Positions 43,028 to 56,500 of a DNA stretch of 64,000 nt are shown in pieces. The notes beneath the pieces were generated by a model. The model was not told where the DNA came from, did no database searches, and worked only from the letters and a program-made list of their open reading frames with translations. Source of the stretch: Cyanophora paradoxa CCMP329 (taxonomy: Eukaryota; Plantae; Glaucophyta); assembly GCA_004431415.1 (NCBI GenBank), contig QPMI01000044.1, positions 1 to 64,000 of the forward strand. Direction: 5' to 3'. A program made the translations under genes and the position numbers. Within the stretch, counting starts at the first letter, position 1; every line of letters starts with the position of its first letter.

Positions 43028-46000
43028 TCAGAACTCCCACACCTTCACCGACTCGACCTGCGCCCCGGGCCCCGGTTTGGTGCGTCGAATGCACTGCGCG
43101 CGCCTGTGCACATCGAGTCTAACACGAAACGCGAGCCGGGGCATAGAAGGCATCTAGGTCACCTATCTAAGTCTCTTAGCCTCTGAGCGGGCAACTGGCC
43201 TCTTTAAGTCTCTTAGCCTCATGGCCTCTAAGCGGTCATCTAAGAGAGTCTAACACGAGACGCGAGAAGGGCTTTCTTTTGAAGGCATCTAGGTCACCTA
43301 CTTGATTTTCTAAGCGGCCAGCCACTTAGCATAAAATTGATCGATCTCGTGATCACCTGGAGCTCGGCGGCGTCTAGCATCTAACAGGACCGAACAGGCA
43401 TCCAGCCTAGGCATCTAGGTCACCTATTTCATTCCCTAACTAGTACTACTGCTTCTCTAACTAACTAATAATGAGTCGCACCTGGAGCTCGGCGGAGTCG
43501 CCGCTGGCCTGCCACTCGGGCCACCAGCTCCCCTTCGCCTCGTAGAACGACCGCATCGCCTGCGCGGCAGGCGGGGGGCGGGGATCAGGCGCGATGGCCG
43601 CCCGGCGCCTATTTCAAGGCGCTTTGGGCCTAGGGCCTAGGCCCTGGATCAGCGGCGGGGATCAGGCGCGATGGCCGCCAGGCGCCCATTTCAAGGCGCT
43701 TTGGGTCTAGGCCCTTGCAGGGAGGAGGCGTGGGTGGGTAGGGGGTTGGGGGAGAGGGGGGAAGGGGAGGGGGTGAGGGGGGGGGGCGGGGAGGTGGGGA
43801 GGGTAGTGTGTGGCGGGGGGGGGGGGGGAGTACCTTGGCATCGTTGCTCCAGGGCTTGCCGTCGAACGCGTCCCAGTACCCGTTCGTGCCCCCGACTGCA
43901 CGACGAGGGCGTCAAATTAGAAATATTCGATATATTTCATTAAATGGCAGTCGATGGATATGGATTTGTTTGATTTACCGGCCAGGACGCGATAGATAGA
44001 TAGATGCGACTACTACATTAGATACAAAAGGATTCGTTTGATTTACCGGCGAGGTTGATGATGAGGTAGAACTTCTGGTCGAAGGGGGCCGACTTGGGCC
44101 TGGGGAGCGAACGAAGGGGCGAAGGGGTGAGAAAGAGGAAGATAGAAGCGGGGGATCGAGAACGAGGGGGCGCGAGCGAGGCGCACCGGCCGGCCCAGAC
44201 GTTGGAGATGCCGCGGGGCCAGCCCCAGCCCTTGCAGGCGTCCCCCTCGCAGCCGCGGTCACCAAGCGACCAAAGCCCGTCCTCCGGGAACGGAAAGTTC
44301 ATAACCTGAGCCGATGACCGAACTAAGCTTTACGTAATCGCTTGTAATCATAAGGTTAAGCTCATGAGCCTATGTTCGTTGCCTAGATCAAGATTATAAC
44401 CTTCGTTTGGTTGTCCAGATGAAGATTTTGCGTAATGGCTTGTAATTACAAGCTCATAAGCGTGTGTTCGTTGCCTAGATCGAGGACGGGGGTGAGGGCG
44501 GGGGGCGGACCTCCTTCTCGACCCCGGCGGCGTCGCGGTAGTACGTCCAGAGCCCCTGCGCGCGAGCCGTCGGCGCCGTCAGTCAGCGCGGATGAGAATG
44601 ATAGTGAGAACACCCTGAAGGGCGGCTGCTCCACAAGGATGCCCAGCGCGTTTCTCAAGTCTATTCCAAAAGGGCGACCGCTCTATATAGATAAGAATGC
44701 CCCCCTCAAATTTAAAGTTATTACCGCTCTATATATATATATAAGAATGGACCTCCCAAATCCAAAGCTTTTCGCTCTCTATATATAAAAGACCGCTTTA
44801 TATTTAAGATGGTTGGGGCGCGCCTGGTCGTTCCAGACGAGGCCGAAGGTGAGGAAGTCGTCGGCGAAGGTCGCCCCCCCGCCCCGCGTCGCCCGGCTGT
44901 GGCTGTTCCGCCACCTGGGGGGGGGGGGGGGGGGGGAGGGGCGGGGGGAGGGGCGGGAGCGTGTGAGGGAGGGAGGGGCGGGGGGAAGGGGCAGCAGGGA
45001 GGAGAGGGGCGAAGATTGCGGGCGTCAAACCGAAGGTGGCGGAGGGCAGAGGGGCAGAGGGGCAGGGGAAGGGGGGGGGGGGGGGGGGGGAGGAGGAGAA
45101 AGGAACTCACGCGGAGTGGCCCTAGGCCTGGGGCCCCCAGTGGGGGGTGGAGGGTGGATAGCTTTATACAGCTCACAGCTATATATATGTAGTAGGTAAT
45201 TAGCTTGTCATTAGCTTGCTATTGTTATCGTTCTATAGCTATTCGGTGATATCATCGAAGGCCGGCGCACGTGGAGTAGCCCTGGAGCCCCCAGTGAGGG
45301 TGGAGGCGGCGGGGCTTATAAAAGAAGCTAATCATGATCCTAGGCACACGTGTGCTGCTCCTATTAGAGATAAGCTCACGCGGAGTAGCCTGGAGGGCCC
45401 CAGTGGAGGGTGGAGCCGGCGACGTGCGTGCCGGGGCGGGCGGCGGGATCGGCCCCGGGGGCGTTCCCGTACGACTCGGCGACGTCGATCTCCCCGCTCT
45501 GCGGCCACCCCCTGCCAGGCCGACCGCAAGCAAGTCAGTTAGTTAGTTAGTTATAATTAGTCGGCTTCTTATTAATTAAGATTGGATTAAGATGAAGATC
45601 CTAAGTGCTCAGGAGAGGGGCACGCACCCGTACGCGCTCGTCTCGGGCATGAGCCAGATGCTGTCGGCGGGCTCCCAGTGAGCCGGCGCCGCGTCCAAGG
45701 GGCGAGCCGGGCGGGGCGGGGCGGGGCCGGGGCGGGTGGCGGGAGGGGCGCGGCGCACGCGGGCCACCATGCGCGCCGCCACCTCTTAGTTGTCTTAGTT
45801 GTCTTAGCTATCTAGTTATTATAGTATTAGTCATCTTCTAGTTAATTATTCTTAGCTATCTTAGTTATCTGGGCGCGGCGCACGCGGGCCAGAGCCAGGC
45901 GCCTCGCGGCATGCGCGCCGCGACCTCCACCTGAGGTACAGACAACTAAGCGACGGCCAAAGTACAGGCAGAGAAGAAGATAGTAAAGGCCTTCTAGGGG

Positions 46001-48529
46001 CAAGGCTAGGCTAAGCTCAGCTTCAGGCCTGGCCTAGGGCCTAAGAAAAGTCTTCTAACGAAGAAGCTGGAGCACAGCGCGCACCCGGCCGTAGCGGAGG
46101 CTGACTTTGCCCTTGGTGTTGATCCGCGCGGACGTCACGGGGTTCACCACGCCGAGGGCGCCCGGGTCCCTGCGCTCAGATCAGATCAGATCAGATCAGA
46201 TCGGATTGGGTCGGGTCGGATCGGAGAGTCAGCGACTAGTAACGAGAGCAGAAGACGGGAACCGTCCTGGATTCCGATCGCTAGAGGAATTTATAGCGCG
46301 GCCGAGTAGATACGAGCGGAAACGCGGCCGAGTAGATACGAGCGGAAAACGAGATAGTAGATACGAGATACGACTGCTACTTAGAACGCGGCCGAGTAGA
46401 TACGAGCGGAAAGGGAGGGAAGGGAGGGGCGCTAGAAGGGCGCTCTAGCGGCCGGGGGGGGATGGGGGGGGGGGAGGGGAGGGGAGGGGGGGGCGTTGAG
46501 GAGAGGGCGGGGGTACCGTATGCAGCCGGAGAAATCTCTGGCGAACGAGGCCGGGTCGGTGCACTCGGGACCCAGATCGAGGACCTTGGATCTGGCGAGG
46601 AGGACGAGGAGCTGAGTGAGATCGGGGGCGGGGTGCGAATTCAAAGAGAGGGCGGGGGCGCGCGAGGAAGGCGCTCCCAGCCCCTAGGGGGACGCTTTAG
46701 CTTTTCAGCTTAGCTTTCCAGATTGTTTTTTTCGCTCAGCATTCTAGATTTAGCAAAGCGCCCCGCAGTGCCGCGTAACCCCCCCCCTCCCCCCCCCCCG
46801 TCTCACCTGATGTCGCCGAACCAGCTCTCCGTGAGGGTGGGGCGGATGTGCAGCTTCGAGTCCCGGAGGTAGAGGTTCTCCGGGCGGTTCACGTACACCT
46901 GGAACTCCTGGGGGCGAGGGGGGGGGGATAAGAGCGGAATCGGAGGAAGGGGGTGAGGGCGGGGGGGAGGGGGGGGTAGGGGACAGGGCAAGAAGGGGTG
47001 TGCGTGTGAAGGGGTGGAGGGCGAAGAACAAGGACGGAATCGGGGGTCGGAGGGGGGGGGGGGGGGCGGGGGGGAGGGAGGGGAGAGAGCGGGGTGTGGG
47101 GGGGGGGGGGGCAGGGAGGGAGCGGGGGGGGGCGGGGGGGGGAGGGGAGGGAGCGGGGTGGGGCGGGGGGGGGAGGGGCGGGGGTCGCACCCAGTTTCCG
47201 CCGCCAGCGGCGCTGACCTCGACCTGCGGGCGAAGCGGCGTCGGGAGGGGGACGGAACGGGAAAGGGGGGGTAAAGGGGTAGAAGGGGGGTACGTCCGCA
47301 CGCACGTTCCACTTGGTGCGGTCGAGGGCGGCCGCGTCGAAGTCGTCGGAGAAGATGGGGTTGCCCTGGGTCGTGGGGCGCGGGAGCGTCCGCGGCGCCG
47401 ACGCGGCGCCCGAGGGGCGGCCGAGGACGACGCCGACGGCTATGGCGGCCGCAGCGACGGCCAGGATCAGGAGCAGGACGGCGAGGCCGATCTTGATGCG
47501 CCGGGAGCGCTGCCTCGCGGCCGCCTCCGCCGCCGTGCGCGCCTCCGACGGCTCGCTCGACGCCGTGCTGGAGCGCCCAATCCCGGGGACGCGCTGGTAC
47601 CCCCCTCCGGCGGCGGCGCCGCCCCCCATCGCCGCGCTGGCCTCGGCGAAGAGCTTGGATCGGAGCTTGGCCTGCTGGCTCTCCTCCACGACGACGCCCT
47701 CCGGCGCTAGGTCCACCGCGCTCTCCTCGCGCCGCGGCAGCGCCGCGTCCTTCGGCCGGACGCTCGGCGGCTTGCCCGTCACCGCCGCGCCGAAAGCGGC
47801 GAGCAGGTCCTCCGCCGCCACGCGCAGCGAGCTGCGGCGGCGCCCCTGCGTCACGCTGACGTTCACCTCGCCGAGCTCCGCGGTCGTTCGGGCGGTGGGC
47901 GACCGGGAGCGACCGCCGGCGCGCTGCCGGACGTGAGCGGCGCCGCCGCCGGCGTCGCCGGGAGCGGCGGCCGCGCTGCTGAGCGCGCGCATCGCCCTGG
48001 GCGAGCCCGAGCGGCGCCTCCGCACGACTGTGGCGGCCGCGGCTGCGGGCGCCTCGAGAAGCGCGGACGAGGAGGACGCGGGCTCGCCTTCGGCGTTGGA
48101 GGACCGCTGCTGCTGACCGCGGTCGGCGTCGGGATGAGCCTCTCGATGGTGGTGGTCAGGAGAGCTCGACCGCCCGCGGCGGAACTCGGGCCGCTCGCCG
48201 CCGGCGCCGCCCGCCTCGTTCGCATTCGACGCTGGCGCTGAGCCTGGCTGCTGCGGCGCGGCTGGCTGCCGCGGCGCTGCGGACGGCTGCTTCTTCTGCT
48301 GCGCATGACCCGTTTCCTCGTCCTTGTCGTCCTTGAACGGCGAGGGCGCCGGGCCCCGCCCGCCGCTGGGAGCGGGCGGAGCTCGCCGCGGTGCCGGCGA
48401 GGGCGCGCTGGAGGCGGAGTTCGATGAAGGCAGAGTGCTTAGATCGATCACAGGGACGCTCTCTCGCACGCCGTTCTCGTCTTCGACCTGCACCTCCGCC
48501 GGGCGCCCCACGGGCCGTCCCTTCCTCAT
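43028..48529 (-). CDS. Membrane-anchored GH16 beta-1,3-glucanase / glucan-recognition-protein-like protein (multi-exon)
   Basis: TM IGLAVLLLILAVAAAAIAVGVVL, then FSDDFD, GGGNW|EFQVY, PVTSARINTKGK, GAWLWP|.IWLMP, WPQSGEIDVAE (catalytic E-I-D-x-x-E), APFDQKFYLIINLA|VGGTNGYW and VESVKVWEF*. Confidence 0.88.
46297..46412. repeat. Intronic repeat cgcggccgagtagatacgagcggaaa, three copies plus a partial copy
   Basis: Read directly from the sequence. Confidence 0.85.
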
Positions 48530-48887
48530 TGTGGAACTTCGGACGGTCGAGCGTCGATGGCTTGACGAACAGCTGAGCTCGGAAGCGAAAGCACGCAGAT
48601 GATGCACGGCCCGATGCAAGCCGATGGCGCTGCCGGTACTGTACGAGGAGCTGGTACCGACTGCGATTGCAGCGCGTCAAATCTGTCGGCGCTGTAGGGA
48701 TCAGCTCAGCTCAGCTAACTCTGCTGAGCCGAAGCTGCCGAACCCGCTGGACTGCCCCCGACGTCGACGTGACGGCTCCGGCCGATCCTGCAAAGAAGCG
48801 GACACAGTCGCGAGCTCCGAGATGCCTGTACCCGCCGTCGGCTCCTACCTTCTCGTCGCCACACGGTCGACGTCCACACCGCGACAC
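48530..48887. promoter_or_regulatory. Short divergent intergenic region (probable bidirectional promoter, GH16/RPE)
   Basis: Head-to-head starts about 360 bp apart; inferred from gene arrangement only. Confidence 0.45.
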
Positions 48888-50387
48888 ATGGACGCGTACG
48901 CGCAACCCGGAGCATTTGCAACGCCGAATGACGCCCGCGGCAGGCCTCCGGCCATCATCGCGCCGTCAATCCTCTCCGCAGATTTCGCCGAGCTCGCCCG
49001 CGAGGCGGAGCGCCTCGTCAAGGCCGGCGCCGACTGTGCGCGACGCTTGCCGCGCGATTCCGAGCGATCTCACGCGTTTCACCGATAGCAACATCGATAG
49101 CAGACCCGCGCCACCGGGTACCGATAGACTGCTCAGTGAATGCTGCGGCGACCGCGTGTGCGCCGCGCGATTCCGAGCGACCTCACCGCTCTCTCAATGT
49201 CAGGGCTGCACGTCGACGTCATGGACGGCCACTTCGTGCAGTGAGCGCGCGGCGCTCCCGCCTCCCGCTCACCCATCGCTTGAGCACTTACCGCGCACCG
49301 CAGCAACCTCACGATTGGCCCTCCCGTCGTCAAGAGCCTGCGGCAGCACACTTCCGCGTTCCTCGACCTGCACTGCATGGTCCGTTCTACGGTTCAGCTG
49401 CGGCTACGATTACCGCTCAGTTTTGAATCTGATGCTCGGCCGCACACGCACAGGTGTCCGACCCGCTGGAGTGGGTGCGGCCGATGGCCGAAGCGGGCGC
49501 CAACGGGTTCACGTTCCACGTCGAGGCCGTCGGCGCGCGCCCGCTTCTCAGCCCGCGCCGCTCCAAGCTGAACGTGCCGCGCTCCCGTCAGAGGATCCGG
49601 CGGCGCTGATCCGCGCGATTCGGGAAGCGGGGATGCAACCCGCCATCTCGCTGAAGCCGGGTACGCCCGTGGAGGCGGCCCTCCCGCACGCCGGCGACGT
49701 GCACATGGTCCTGGTCATGAGGCGCGCCACTCCGCCCTCCAGCGCCGGCCAGGCCAGGCCCACCGCGCTCGCGAGCCGCAGTGCTGATCGATCGCGCCCG
49801 CCCGCCCGCCCGCCCGCCCGCCCGCGCCCGCCCTCTGCCTTCAGCGTCGTGCCCGGGTTCGGGGGGCAGCGCTTCATCCCAGAGACGATGGAGAAGGCGC
49901 GCCCCAAGGCCGGGCCGCCCCTCTTCGAGAGCGCATCTCGCAGCTCAGCGGCCACGCTGACAGCTCAGCTGCTCAGGTCCGGGCCCTCCGGGCGCGCTTC
50001 CCGGCCCTCCACATTCAGGTCCGTCCGCGCCGCCGCGTCGGGCCGGGCCCTCTCGGCTCTCCTCTGTCCTTGTCTAACGCTTAAGCTTCTAAAATCGTCT
50101 GACGCTTAAATTCTGTCCTTGCAAAATTGTCCAGCGCTGAATGGAAGCTTCTAACTTGCAGGTGGACGGCGGCATCTCGCCCGGGGAGACCGCCGACGCG
50201 GCGGCCGCCGCCGGCGCCAACGTCCTCGTCTCCGGGACCGGCGTCTTCAAGGTGCTACCCCCCCCCCCTCCCCGGAAAACTATGTACCCCCGTTGAGATT
50301 GTCCCCCCTCAGGCCCCGGACCCGGCAGAGGCCATCGCAAGCCTGCGGAGGGCGGTGCTCCGCGCCCAGGGCCGCCCCGAGTCGTAG
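48888..50387 (+). CDS. RPE: Ribulose-phosphate 3-epimerase (cytosolic type), 9 exons
   Basis: IIAPSILSADFA, LHVDVMDGHFV.NLTIG, LDLHCM, FTFHVEA, SLKPGTP, VLVM|SVVPGFGGQRF, IQ|VDGGI, AGANVLVSGTGVF. An alternative ATG lies at 48822. Confidence 0.95.
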
Positions 50388-50589
50388 CTGTAAATAGACC
50401 GCCTTGAGATCTAGATCTAGATCTGGGGCCCTGGCCCTGGACGTTGAGTCTTAGCGCCCGTCGAGTGCCGCCCAGGCAGCTGCAAAGGATTCGTGGAGGG
50501 CCCAGTCCTATGCGCCTCCTGTGCACTTAATCTTGAATCTACGCGCTGGGGTCCTACGTACATACGTACACGCATGCCGCGCTGCCTGC

Positions 50590-53500
50590 CTAGTACTGCG
50601 GCGCGGCGGGCGAGGCACACCAGGGGCATGCCTTGGTCTTCTGCACGAGCTTGTTCCAGTCCTCCCGGTTCGCCGTCTTGTTGCAGCCCTTGCACTCGAT
50701 CTTCGAGAACCGCATGACCGGGTACCCTGCGCGAAGAAAAAATATGAGGGGGGTACACCGTTTTCGCAGAGAAAAAAAGAGGGGGGTACCGGCGACGACG
50801 CAGGGCTCGTGCTCGTAGCTGCACTGGTGGCACTTGAGGGCCGCCTCGTAGATCTCCGTGGAGCACTTCTCGCACTTGCGCGTCGAGAGGCTCTGCTCCA
50901 CCTTCCGGTCCATCGAAATCTGCGCCGAGGAAAAAAGACCCCGGTTCGAATCCGGCCCGGGCCCTTTTCGAACTTAGGCGGGCGGACCTGGAGGACCCAG
51001 TCCCTGAGCTCCTCGCGGCGCTCCTCCTGCAGGAAGTGCTTCTCGGGCATCGGGAAGTCGAAGGGGATGTCCGTCTTCTCGAAGTCCGCGTTCTCGATCC
51101 GCATCGCTGAGCAGAGGGTTAACAAGGAAGGAAAGACAGCTTCGGATCAAATTTGAACTCACACTCGTCCTCCATCGCCTCGGTCAGGTCGAGGTACCGG
51201 TTCAGGAAGACGAAGGCCATGTTCATGCGCGGCTGCGGCTGCGCCTCCTTGCAGAACGTGCCGGCCTCGTAGAACGCCTTGTCCGCTGGTACCCCTCCCT
51301 GCAGAAAAAAAAACCACGGCTCAGACACGGCTCAGGCGGCTCAGGCGGCTCAGTTGACTTCGTTCGCAGCCAGCCGGCCTCGCACGCACCTCGCCGATGT
51401 AGCGGAGGAGGGATACCGAGATCTTCATGGCGAGCTCGGGTACGCCCTTCTCCTTGGCCAGCGCCCGCACGGAGAGGTAGTGGGCGACCAGGTGGAGCCG
51501 CTCGAAGGGCTTCGCGGCGCCGGCGCCGCCGCCCTCCGCCCCGCCCTTCAGCTCCTGCACCTGCGCAAGGAAGGAGAAGAAGCTTAAATAGGGTACAAGA
51601 CAGAATAGCAGGCAGGGGGCGCGGACCACAGTGGTGAGGATCTGCCGGACCTCCTCCACCCCGTCGCTGCTCGCGCGCCCGAAGATCTCCCGCGCGAGCT
51701 TCTTGTACACGGGGAGGGCGTTCGGCACGACGGGTACGCCGTTCTTCGCGAGGGTGCGCGCCGCGTCGGCCGGCTTGTTCTCCTGCAGGAGCTGCGAGGC
51801 GTGCTGGAGCGCAAACTTCTTGGCGACCTCGGGCCCCTTGGCCTTCGCCTCCTCGAAAACCTTCTCCCACTGATTCCGCGCCGCCAGCTGGTCCAGCGAG
51901 CCGCCTCCGTCGTCCAGGCCCCCGCCCACGCCGCCGCCGCCGCCGCCGCCGCCGCGCCCGCCGCGCCCGCCGTGCGAGGATGCGTACGCCTTCTCGACCG
52001 CGTCGACGTAGGAGGGGAGGGACGACTGCGCGAGCATGCGGGCCCTGTCGAACATGTTCGCGGCGATGTACACGTCGATGGCCTCCTTGAACTTGTCCAC
52101 GCCCTCCAGCACCTCGGCCGCCTGGGCGTGCCGCCCGATCTCGACGAGCTTGCGCGAGACGGCCGAGACGGTCTCGTTCGTGCGGTCCGGGACGTACTGC
52201 ATGGCGAGCTGCACGGCCCGCGTCCACTTCTCCTCCAGCAGGTCCTTGCTGGAGACCGAGTCGGGCGATAGCCTCAGGTACGCGTCGATCGCCTTGTTGA
52301 AGTCCCCCGCGTCCTCCCACATGCGCCCCGCGCCGCCGTCGTCCCCGCCCGCGCCGCCGGCGCCGCCGGCGCCGCCGCCGCCCGCCGCCGGCGCCGCGCT
52401 CGCGCGCTTGTACTCCGCCTCGAGGTCCGCGAAGCGGTGCGGGAGGTGGTCCTTGCAGACGCGGAGGGCCTCTGGCCACATGCGCGCGTCCCGGTACATC
52501 TTCACCGCCAGCTCCGCCTTGCGCGCCTTCACGAAGAGCGCCTCGGCGCGCTGCAGCTGCTTGCCCTCCATCGCCACCCGCGCCTGCGCGGGCGGATCGA
52601 ATCTGAGCCCGAGCGAGCCGAGTCAGCCGCCTAGCGCGGCTCACCTGAGCGACGAGAACGTCGGGGACCGAGCCGGGGTCGTGGTTCTCGGCCACCTGCA
52701 TCGCCGAGAGCCAGTCCTGCGGGGAGGAAGAGGGGAAGCGTCAGGGACGGGCGGCCTCGAAGATCCTTCCAAGAGAGGAAGTCTGAGAAATTCTGGGCGC
52801 TAAGGGCATGCCAGGGGCTCTAAAGAACCGCCAGAAGACCAGGCATCCCCCGGCTCCCTAAGAACACATGCTTCAAGGGAACTAAGCAGCTTCTTAACAG
52901 CGAGCCGCCCCGATCTAAACAGACGGGCGGACCTGCTGGTGGAGGTACATGTCGATGGCCTCCTTGGGCTTGCCCGCCGCCACGAACTCGGCCTCGGCGT
53001 CCTTGAAGCGCCCCTCGTCCTCCAGGAACATCGCGTACTTCAGGTGCACCTGCGGGGGTGGAGGGGGAAGGTGAGGCGGCGGAGGGTGGGAGGGGAGGAA
53101 GGAGAGGTGGCGGTGGGGGAGGCTGGGTGCGGGGCGCGGGGCGGGGCGCGGGGGGCGGGGTGGAATGGGACGCTTGAGTGAGAGATACGCCAGTGATCTA
53201 GATGATGAGTCTAGTGGGGAGGTCCCCTCTAGAAATGCGGGGCCCGCTCGCTCGCTCGCCTCGGGGAGCTTCTGCTTCATGGAGCCCTTGGCGAGCTCGA
53301 AGGCGTGCGTGTAGTTGCCGCTGTCCATCGCGTAGTCGATCGCTGCGGGCGGAGCAGAAGAAGTCGGCTTTGGTTTGGAGGGAGGGTCGGGAGGATCGGG
53401 AGGGTGGGTCTGACCCTGCTCGACCAGGCCGAACTTGGTGAGGAGCTTGGCGCCCGCCTCGCCGCCCAGCGAGACCGCCCACGCGTACGCAACCTAGGGA

Positions 53501-56500
53501 GAGGGTCAGAAACAGCAGAGCCGAGCCGAGCGGAGCGGAGCGCAAGGGCGGGCCTGCTTGGAGGCGGTGACGCCGCCGTGGACCTTGGCGACGCGGACGG
53601 CGTCGTCCCACATCTCCGCCGACCGGTACATGTTCACCGCCGCCTTCCAGTCCTTCGCCTCCGCGTAGTGCCGCTCCGCGTCCCGGTAGTTCTGAACGAA
53701 TGAAGAGAAGACCGTCAGAGAGAACTCTATGTTCATGTCTATGTTTGTGTTTATGTGCTGATTAAGCTCGCTGGCTCGCTGGCGCGCTCGCCTGCTCGGT
53801 CTCGAGCTGCTGTGCGAGGTGGAGGTGCGTGTCGGCGAGCAGGTCCTTGCGGTACTGCCCGACGAGCCGGACCATGTGGTCGTACTGCTTCGCCTTCTTG
53901 TACATGTTGATGGCGAGGTCGGGCTCCTTGACGGTCACGTACAGCTTCTCCGCCTCCTTCAGCTTGCCGGCCGCCTCCAGGCGGTTCGCCTGCGTGATGT
54001 ACAGCAGCGCGACCTGCGGGAGCAAGCAAGCGAGCGAGTCAGAAGCTAGTTAGTTAGTGAGGAAGCTGAGCGTTGATTGATTTTTATGTGCCTAGCTAAG
54101 CTAAGCGGACTAGTATAAAGAAGAGATTATCATTATAAGCGTTGGTCTTTATGTGCGTGCCTGGGACTCGGTCATGTAGGACATGGCGACTGCGTGCGCC
54201 TCCTCCCACATGTTGTTCTTCGTGTACATGTCGACGGCCTCCTGCGGCGTCCCCGCCTTGACGTAGAAGCGCTCGGCCTCCTTGAACTGGCGCGACTCGT
54301 CGAAGTGCTTCGCGATGCGCGCGAAGTACGGCTTCGCCTCGTCGGGCCGCAGGCCGTCCGCGATGCCCACCGCCTTGTTGAACTGGCGCGCCTGTACGGC
54401 CGCTTCCAGCGCCTTGCGGGCCTGCCGGACGGTCAGATCAGATCATCCAAGCTATGTTGTAAGATCAGGTGAGCGAGCGGACCTGGCCGGCCTCGATGAA
54501 GTGGGCGATGGCGGCGTCGACCTGCTTCTGCTTCATGAGGTAGTCGCCCCACTCGTCCTCCAGCTTCACCACCTGCGAACGAAGCGAAGCGCGGGTTGGT
54601 ACCGGGCGGACGGACGGACGGAGGAGAGGGGTACGGGCTCGCTCGCCTGGTCGGGGAACATGCGGCGGGCGAGCTCGACGGCGCGGCGGAAGGCGTTGCC
54701 GCGGCGGTAGGACTCGATCGCGCGGTCGTACTTCTGCAGCTTCTCGAAGAAGTCGCCCGCCTTCTCGTGCATCCCGGACGACGTCAGCGACGACGCGATC
54801 TTCTCCAGGAGCGAGCTGCTGTAGTTGCCCGGGTGGTTGTTCACGCAGGCGGCCGCGCGCCCCGGGAGGCCCCCCTTCAGGTACAGGTCGATGGCCTGGA
54901 GGTACGCGTCCATGGTGCCCTCCCGCTCCTTCAGGAGCCCCGCCTTCTCCTCCTGGTTGGACTGCAGGAGCCACTTGTAGTAGTCCTCCTTGATCTTCTT
55001 GGCGTCCGGGTGGTTCTTCAGCTCCGCCACCGCGATGACCTGGGGAGGATCGATGTAAGACCACTCTTCTGTTAAGAGATAATAAGAGATAATAGATAAG
55101 ACTACTAATCTGACCTCGTCCCACTTCTGGAGCTCCATGTACATATCGATGGCGGCGTCCACCTGGTTCTGCGGCGCGTGCGGCGTGGGCGCCTCGGACG
55201 GGAAAGGGAAAGGGCGCCGCGGGGATTCGAGCGCGACGCGGACCTGCTCGAGCAGCGCCTGCTCCGCGGCGCGGAAGTTACGGTTGAGGAGCGCCATGCG
55301 CGCCCGCACGCCGTAGTGGTTCATGCCGTCGCCGTAGCCGCCGGCCTCGGCCGACGCCCGCTCCGCCGCCTCTACGACCTTGTGGAGGTAACGGGCGCGC
55401 GCGACGTCGCCCAGGGCCGCCGCGCAGCGCGCGGCGATGGCGACGCGGCCGTCCTTGAGGGCGGCCTGGCTCAGCGTCGACCACATCGACTCGGTCTCGG
55501 GCGTGAGGAGCATCTGCTCGAGGATGTCCACCGCCTTCTCGTACTTCTTGAGCTTCATGGCCGCGCCGAACTCGATGAGCGACTCGTCCAACTGGTACGA
55601 GACCGTGTTGATGCCTGCTCGAAAGTTTGAGGCGAGGGAGGAGGGAGGAGGGGGCCGGGGGGGGGTGGGGGGTACCCTCGTCGACGATGACCTCCGTGCG
55701 GCCCTTGGCGCGCTCGATCTCCTCGACGTCGCCCTGCGGTCCGGATCGCGCGGTGCGGCGGGTACCGGGATCGGCTCGCGGGGGAAGGGGTACGCGCCTT
55801 GATGGGAAAGATCGTGACGCGGTCCGGGGCGTCAATCGAGTACCACACGCAGAGGTTGCCGCGGTTCTGCCGGGGGAGGAGGCACGTCGGACGGGGGTAC
55901 GCAAACCGGGGATAAGCAAGTGAACAACAGGGGTACGGGATCACCTGGGCGACGACGACGTCGGAGTGGGGGACCCACTGGACGTAGGAGCAGTAGGAGA
56001 GGAGCGTGCTCTTGGACTGGCTGGCGAGGTCGAAGAGGATGAGCTGGCGGCGCTTGTCGCGGAAGAGCAGCTTGTGCCCGTTGATGTTCAGCTGCGCGGC
56101 GGGGCGCGCCGGGTCAGCCGTAGAAAGAGTCGGGAAAGAAACGAGGTCCGCCCAGAAGAGAGACAAGAGACGCGGCGCCCGCTCCAACTCTTTCTCGCTC
56201 GCTCGCTCACCTCGAGCCAGTCGACCTTGGAGTCGTGGTTGATGGTGGCGACGGTCACGCCCGTGACGAGGTCCATCACGCGGATCGTGTGCAGGTCGAT
56301 CAGGTACGCGATCTGGCGCACGCTCGAAGTAAGAGGAAGAAGGGGCGCGGGAGTTGTTGGTGCGGGCTCGCTCGCCTTCTTGTTCTCCTCGACCTCGGGC
56401 GCGGCGAAGGCGGGCGGCTTCTCCTCCTTCTCCTCCTTCTCCTCCTTGCCGTCGCCCTCGTCGCCGTCGCCCATCTCGTCGGCGCCGGCCTTCGCAGCGA

